In this document: positions 57,651 to 64,000 of the stretch, one piece after another
Position numbering within the stretch: position 1 is the first letter of the stretch
Layout of the letters: each line of letters opens with the position of its first letter
Assembly: GCA_032718475.1 (NCBI GenBank)
Contig: JAUCBJ010001570.1
Coordinates: 1-64,000 of the forward strand
Direction of reading: 5' to 3'
From: Nemertoderma westbladi
Lineage: Eukaryota > Animalia > Xenacoelomorpha
Length of the DNA: 64,000 nucleotides
Program-made: the position numbers and the translations under genes
Notes under the pieces: model-generated
Seen by the model: only the letters and a program-made list of their open reading frames with translations
Told to the model about the DNA's origin: nothing
The model's database searches: none

Positions 57651-58823
57651 TCAATGTTCAAACCCATCATGAAGTAAATACAACATAGTTCTACGGCAGT
57701 CTTGCAATGAATGGCAATCATTAGGAAGGTTTATTGCATGGCCAGCGAGATTAATGTAGTCTTTAAATAGATTTCCTATCAAATAACTGCATTTTGGTTT
57801 AGCAATCGCCAAAGGTCTCATCAATTCCTTATCGCTTTGTATAACGTTGTGTACGAAGTTTGGCTCTTGAAGATAAAGTAGGTCCGGTTTTCCCGGTGGG
57901 GCCGCTAATCCGCTGCGACGAAGACGATGACTGTTCCAGCGAACTCGAATTCCGTCCAGAACTTCTTGGAGAAAATCTAAGTAAACATATCGAATGATTT
58001 CTTTATTCAGAGTTAATGATAGGTCTACCTCTCCACTTAGCTCCAATTCTGTAAAATGAGAAATCCATTCTGACATACCTAAAACTGGGAATTTGGACCA
58101 GAACGATTCTATGCGTTGATTACGCGTACTTTTACCATAAATGAATGGTACATTTGAATTGGTTGTAGTCATGAAAGAGTTTTCTTCACAAAGTCGTAGG
58201 TATCGATGAATTGTTTCAATATTCACATTTTCAGTACCTCTATCGCATCTAACAATGTGAGGAACGCCACCAATTTCATCAACCATGTCTAAGTAGTATT
58301 GTGCCGTAACAAATGGATCATTATTTGTTCTGCTGGCTTTCAACCACATTAGCTTCCTACTGAAACCATCTATAGCGCCGTGTACAGTTAAGCCAAAGGG
58401 CTTTAGCTTATCCCATCCGTCGACATGAAGCAAAAAATTTGGGCCCTGGGAAAAATAGGTTCTACGAATTAATCTGGACCCAATTCTGCACTGTCTACCA
58501 ACTGAATCAATGATACTTATTACTGCAGCTATTAATTTCCTTGGCGCAAAAAGCTTGTACTCGTCCATTAAAATATACTGTAATTGCCTATATCCAGCCG
58601 TTTTCCTATTGATTGACTCTAATTCTAAAGCCGTAACTACCGCATCAAATTGTCTTGGGTCAAAAACCTTACGATGCTCAGTAGAATTTAAACGTCTTCG
58701 TATTGTTCGTACTGATATTTGAATTCCTTCATTTCTATCCATCAATGTTGAAATCTCGCTGTGTGTGTACCCCAACCAATAGTAGTGATCCAAAAGTGAT
58801 TCTAGTTCAAAATCTTGGGGCAT
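57651..58823 (-). CDS. Intact DDE transposase (HTH + integrase core), IS3EU-like
   Basis: N-terminal HTH (GYTHSEI...ISVRTIRRRL), GYR, RRTYFSQGPNFLLHVDGWDKLKPFG, HGAIDGFSRK, RCDRGTEN, GKSTRNQRIESFW, WNSHRLR, GKPDLLY. Confidence 0.9.
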   Translation of the reverse strand: MPQDFELESLLDHYYWLGYTHSEISTLMDRNEGIQISVRTIRRRLNSTEHRKVFDPRQFDAVVTALELESINRKTAGYRQLQYILMDEYKLFAPRKLIAAVISIIDSVGRQCRIGSRLIRRTYFSQGPNFLLHVDGWDKLKPFGLTVHGAIDGFSRKLMWLKASRTNNDPFVTAQYYLDMVDEIGGVPHIVRCDRGTENVNIETIHRYLRLCEENSFMTTTNSNVPFIYGKSTRNQRIESFWSKFPVLGMSEWISHFTELELSGEVDLSLTLNKEIIRYVYLDFLQEVLDGIRVRWNSHRLRRSGLAAPPGKPDLLYLQEPNFVHNVIQSDKELMRPLAIAKPKCSYLIGNLFKDYINLAGHAINLPNDCHSLQDCRRTMLYLLHDGFEH

Positions 58824-59334
58824 TATAATTCGTAATTAAATCAATTGGGCCAATATCAATAGAATACCCTAACACCCTACATCTACTGCTACTACAGTAC
58901 TATACCGGTAGGCGTCGTAGGACTACCACCTGCTACCCAGCAGCCCAGCCTATTTAAAAGTTTTATTGCGGCTTGTGCAAAAGCTACACTGGTAGTAAGA
59001 AATCCTTCACCAGATGCCGGAATTTAGAAATTGCGCTGAGCCAAGCATCTCTATCAGTGCCGATGCTACAGTTCATAGTTCCATAAGCCTTTAAAACTAC
59101 TGAACTAACTAATCCTACGGTATTACCGATCTTTCTGAAGATTGGTAAAAGAAAGCTGCCGGGTTGGCTGTAGATCGGTATTCAGTAGTGATTAAATGAT
59201 TAACAACTAACCACAGAACTAAGCTTACAGAGCTACGGGCAACCGGTACTGCAGTACTGCACTGATAGACTGAAAAGGGAATGACAATTTGCTGCACTGC
59301 ACTGAGACAATATTTTAAATTTCCCTCCAAAATG

Positions 59335-59730
59335 ATTGAATTATATTTGATTAATTCCTGTTTTGGGGTGAATTATATTTGATTAATTCCTGTTTTGGGT
59401 TGAATTATATTTGATTAATTCCTGTTTTGGGTTGAATTATATTTGATTAATTCCTGTTTTGGGTTGAATTATATTTGATTAATTCCTGTTTTGGGTTGAA
59501 TTATATTTGATTAATTCCTGTTTTAGGTTGAATTATATTTGATTAATTCCTGTTTTGGGTTGAATTATATTTGATTAATTCCTGTTTTGGGTTGAATTAT
59601 ATTTGATTAATTCCTGTTTTGGGTTGAATTATATTTGATTAATTCCTGTTTTAAGGAATTATATTTCATTAATTTCCTTTTATATTTCCCATTTTAAAAT
59701 TAATTAAATTGGCCACATTCAGCCACCGTA
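59335..59730 (-). repeat. Right TIR containing ~10 x 32-bp repeats
   Basis: Reverse complement of the left TIR. Confidence 0.95.
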
Positions 59731-60238
59731 GATTCATCTTAATGGCAGTAAGACCGAGTGGCATTCGGTAATTAAATAAACAAGGTGGAGAAAACATTAT
59801 TTTGAAGGTGAATTAATTAATCTGTTGTAATTGTGGCATTTGGAGTTAATTGATCGTTTTTGGGGCACGGGTCATCTCCTAATCTGAAGTTTAGACAGTG
59901 ATAGATTCTCCTGATGTAGACCCACTCCATGAGAGGCGCAAATGCTTGGCAGACCAGACAGCAGACATTTACAAATACATAGATCGCATGTGTTTGTCAA
60001 GATAACTTCGTGAAATTATCATTTGTCCATTTAGAGCTAATTTATGATGGAACCTACTACAAAGATCCACATAATCGGCAATATATAACCTTTGTTCTTG
60101 CCTTTCATTTATTTTGGTTTGAATAGCTCATCACTGTAACGTTCTCATTCGAGTGTAAACGTATGTAAACAATAAGCTATAACCTAATAACAAAAACTTA
60201 ATAAGTGTTAAATTTACACTAAAACTATAAGTACCGCA

Positions 60239-63200
60239 CCGCGTTATTCATTCTGTGCTTACACTCATAAGTTAATTCTATAATAAAACTAAAAGTAGCG
60301 CGTTATTCATTCTGTGCTTACAATCATAAGTTAAATCTATAATAAAACTAAAAGTAGCGCGTTATTCATTCTGTGCTTACACTCATAAGTTAAATCTATA
60401 ATAAAACTAAAAGAACCGCGTTATTCATTCTGTGCTTACACTCATAAGTTAAATCTATAATAAAACTAAAAGTAGCGCGTTATTCATTCTGTGCTTACAC
60501 TCATAAGTTAAATCTATAATAAAACTAAAAGTAGCGCGTTATTCATTCTGTGCTTACACTCATAAGTTAAATCTATAATAAAACTAAAAGAACCGCGTTA
60601 TTCAATCTGTGCTTACACTCATAAGTTAAATCTATAATAAAACTAAAAGTAGCGCGTTATTCATTCTGTGCTTACACTCATAAGTTAAATCTATAATAAA
60701 ACTAAAAGAACCGCGTTATTCATTCTGTGCTTACACTCATAAGTTAAATCTATAATAAAACTAAAAGAACCGCGTTATTCATTCTGTGCTTACACTCATA
60801 AGTTAAATCTATAATAAAACTAAAAGTAGCGCGTTATTCATTCTGTGCTTACACTCATAAGTTAAATCTATAATAAAACTAAAAGAACCGCGTTATTCAT
60901 TCTGTGCTTACACTCATAAGTTAAATCTATAATAAAACTAAAAGTAGCGCGTTATTCATTCTGTGCTTACACTCATATGTTAAATCTATAATAAAACTAA
61001 AAGTAGCGCGTTATTCATTCTGTGCTTACACTCATAAGTTAAATCTATAATAAAACTAAAAGTAGCGCGTTATTCATTCTGTGCTTACACTCATAAGTTA
61101 AATCTATAATAAAACTAAAAGTAGCGCGTTATTCATTCTGTGCTTACACTCATAAGTTAAATCTATAATACAACTGAAAGTAGCGCGTTATTCATTCTGT
61201 GCTTACACTCATAAGTTAAATCTATAATAAAACTAAAAGTAGCGCGTTATTCATTCTGTGCTTACACTCATAAGTTAAATCTATAATAAAACTAAAAGTG
61301 GCGCGTTATTCATTCTGTGCTTACACTCATAAGTTAAATCTATAATAAAACTAAAAGTAGCGCGTTATTCATTCTGTGCTTACACTCATAAGTTAAGTCT
61401 ATAATAAAACTAACAGTACCGCGTTATTCATTCTGTGCTTACACTCATAAGTTAAATCTATAATAAAACTAAAAGAACCGCGTTATTCATTCTGTGCTTA
61501 CACTCATAAGTTAAATCTATAATAAAACTAAAAGTAGCGCGTTATTCATTCTGTGCTTACACTCATAAGTTAAATCTATAATAAAACTAAAAGTAGCGCG
61601 TTATTCATTCTGTGCTTACACTCATAAGTTAAATCTATAATAAAACTAAAAGTAGCGCGTTATTCATTCTGTGCTTACACTCATAAGTTAAATCTATAAT
61701 AAAACTAAAAGTAGCGCGTTATTCATTCTGTGCTTACACTCATAAGTTAAATCTATAATAAAACTAACAGTACCGCGTTATTCATTCTGTGCTTACACTC
61801 ATAAGTTAAATCTATAATAAAACTAAAAGAACCGCGTTATTCATTCTGTGCTTACACTCATAAGTTAAATCTATAATAAAACTAAAAGTAGCGCGTTATT
61901 CATTCTGTGCTTACACTCATAAGTTAAATTTATAATAAAACTAAAAGAATCGCGTTATTCATTCTGTGCTTACACTCATAAGTTAAATCTATAATAAAAC
62001 TAAAAGTAGCGCGTTATTCATTCTGTGCTTACACTCATAAGTTAAATTTATAATAAAACTAAAAGAACCGCGTTATTCATTCTGTGCTTACACTCATAAG
62101 TTAAATCTATAATAAAACTAAAAGTAGCGCGTTATTCATTCTGTGCTTACACTCATAAGTTAAATCTATAATAAAACTAAAAGAACCGCGTTATTCATTC
62201 TGTGCTTACACTCATAAGTTAAATCTATAATAAAACTAAAAGAACCGCGTTATTCATTCTGTGCTTACACTCATAAGTTAAATCTATAATAAAACTAACA
62301 GTACCGCGTTATTCATTCTGTGCTTACACTCATAAGTTAAATTTATAATAAAACTAACAGTACCGCGTTATTCATTCTGTGCTTACACTCATAAGTTAAA
62401 TCTATAATAAAACTAAAAGTAGCGCGTTATTCATTCTGTGCTTACACTCATAAGTTAAATCTATAATAAAACTAAAAGTAGCGCGTTATTCATTCTGTGC
62501 TTACACTCATAAGTTAAGTCTATAATAAAACTAACAGTACCGCGTTATTCATTCTGTGCTTACACTCATAAGTTAAATCTATAATAAAACTAAAAGAACC
62601 GCGTTATTCATTCTGTGCTTACACTCATAAGTTAAATCTATAATAAAACTAAAAGTAGCGCGTTATTCATTCTGTGCTTACACTCATAAGTTAAATCTAT
62701 AATAAAACTAAAAGTAGCGCGTTATTCATTCTGTGCTTACACTCATAAGTTAAATCTATAATAAAACTAAAAGTAGCGCGTTATTCATTCTGTGCTTACA
62801 CTCATAAGTTAAATCTATAATAAAACTAAAAGTAGCGCGTTATTCATTCTGTGCTTACACTCATAAGTTAAATCTATAATAAAACTAACAGTACCGCGTT
62901 ATTCATTCTGTGCTTACACTCATAAGTTAAATCTATAATAAAACTAAAAGAACCGCGTTATTCATTCTGTGCTTACACTCATAAGTTAAATCTATAATAA
63001 AACTAAAAGTAGCGCGTTATTCATTCTGTGCTTACACTCATAAGTTAAATTTATAATAAAACTAAAAGAATCGCGTTATTCATTCTGTGCTTACACTCAT
63101 AAGTTAAATCTATAATAAAACTAAAAGTAGCGCGTTATTCATTCTGTGCTTACACTCATAAGTTAAATTTATAATAAAACTAAAAGAACCGCGTTATTCA

Positions 63201-63926
63201 TTCTGTGCTTACACTCATAAGTTAAATCTATAATAAAACTAAAAGTAGCGCGTTATTCATTCTGTGCTTACACTCATAAGTTAAATCTATAATAAAACTA
63301 AAAGAACCGCGTTATTCATTCTGTGCTTACACTCATAAGTTAAATCTATAATAAAACTAAAAGAACCGCGTTATTCATTCTGTGCTTACACTCATAAGTT
63401 AAATCTATAATAAAACTAAAAGTAGCGCGTTATTCATTCTGTGCTTACACTCATAAGTTAAATCTATAATAAAACTAAAAGTAGCGCGTTATTCATTCTG
63501 TGCTTACACTCATAAGTTAAATCTATAATAAAACTAAAAGTAGCGCGTTATTCATTCTGTGCTTACACTCATAAGTTAAATCTATAATAAAACTAAAAGA
63601 ACCGCGTTATTCATTCTGTGCTTACACTCATAAGTTAAATTTATAATAAAACTAACAGTACCGCGTTATTCATTCTGTGCTTACACTCATAAGTTAAATC
63701 TATAATAAAACTAAAAGTAGCGCGTTATTCATTCTGTGCTTACACTCATAAGTTAAATCTATAATAAAACTAAAAGTAGCGCGTTATTCATTCTGTGCTT
63801 ACACTCATAAGTTAAATCTATAATAAAACTAAAAGTAGCGCGTTATTCATTCTGTGCTTACACTCATAAGTTAAATCTATAATAAAACTAACAGTACCGC
63901 GTTATTCATTCTGTGCTTACACTCAT
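60239..63926. repeat. 59-bp satellite, ~62 copies
   Basis: Unit GCGTTATTCATTCTGTGCTTACACTCATAAGTTAAATCTATAATAAAACTAAAAGTAGC with AAGTAG/AAGAAC/CAGTAC variants. Confidence 0.99.
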
Positions 63927-64000
63927 ATACATTCATTGAGAAACCTGTGAGGAACATTGGATTACTCCCCGTTACGATTCCGTTTATGCGCCTTGCGCCC

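Larger units (their letters stand above)
55570..59730 (-). mobile_element. IS3EU-type DNA transposon, 4161 bp, with both TIRs and a 6-bp TSD
   Basis: Termini TACGGTGGCTGAATGTGGCC / GGCCACATTCAGCCACCGTA, ~390-bp TIRs, GATTCA at both 55564-55569 and 59731-59736, DDE transposase ORF inside. Confidence 0.9.

Overview
Repeat-rich eukaryotic (most likely invertebrate animal) DNA. Two host genes, each a single uninterrupted ORF: mitochondrial-type DHODH (25737-26927, -) and a very large KDM3/JMJD1-family JmjC demethylase (39593-50440, +, 3615 aa). The rest is mobile DNA and satellites. At the left edge is an apparently intact Ty3/Gypsy gag-pol, whose 5' LTR abuts a 6-kb 32-bp satellite. Next comes a decayed Polinton/Maverick (adintovirus-like) region with packaging ATPase, an adenovirus pX-like core-protein gene, integrase and pPolB. 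Also present are LINE fragments (RTE, CRE-like and others), several MITEs/foldbacks, and satellites of 22, 25, 32, 49, 59 and 63 bp. The most notable element is a fully bounded 4.16-kb DNA transposon (55570-59730). It has ~390-bp repeat-containing TIRs (TAC...GTA), a perfect 6-bp TSD and an intact IS3EU-type DDE transposase, and on the opposite strand it carries spliced exons of a HECT E3 ubiquitin ligase. All family assignments come from reading motifs by eye; no searches were run.
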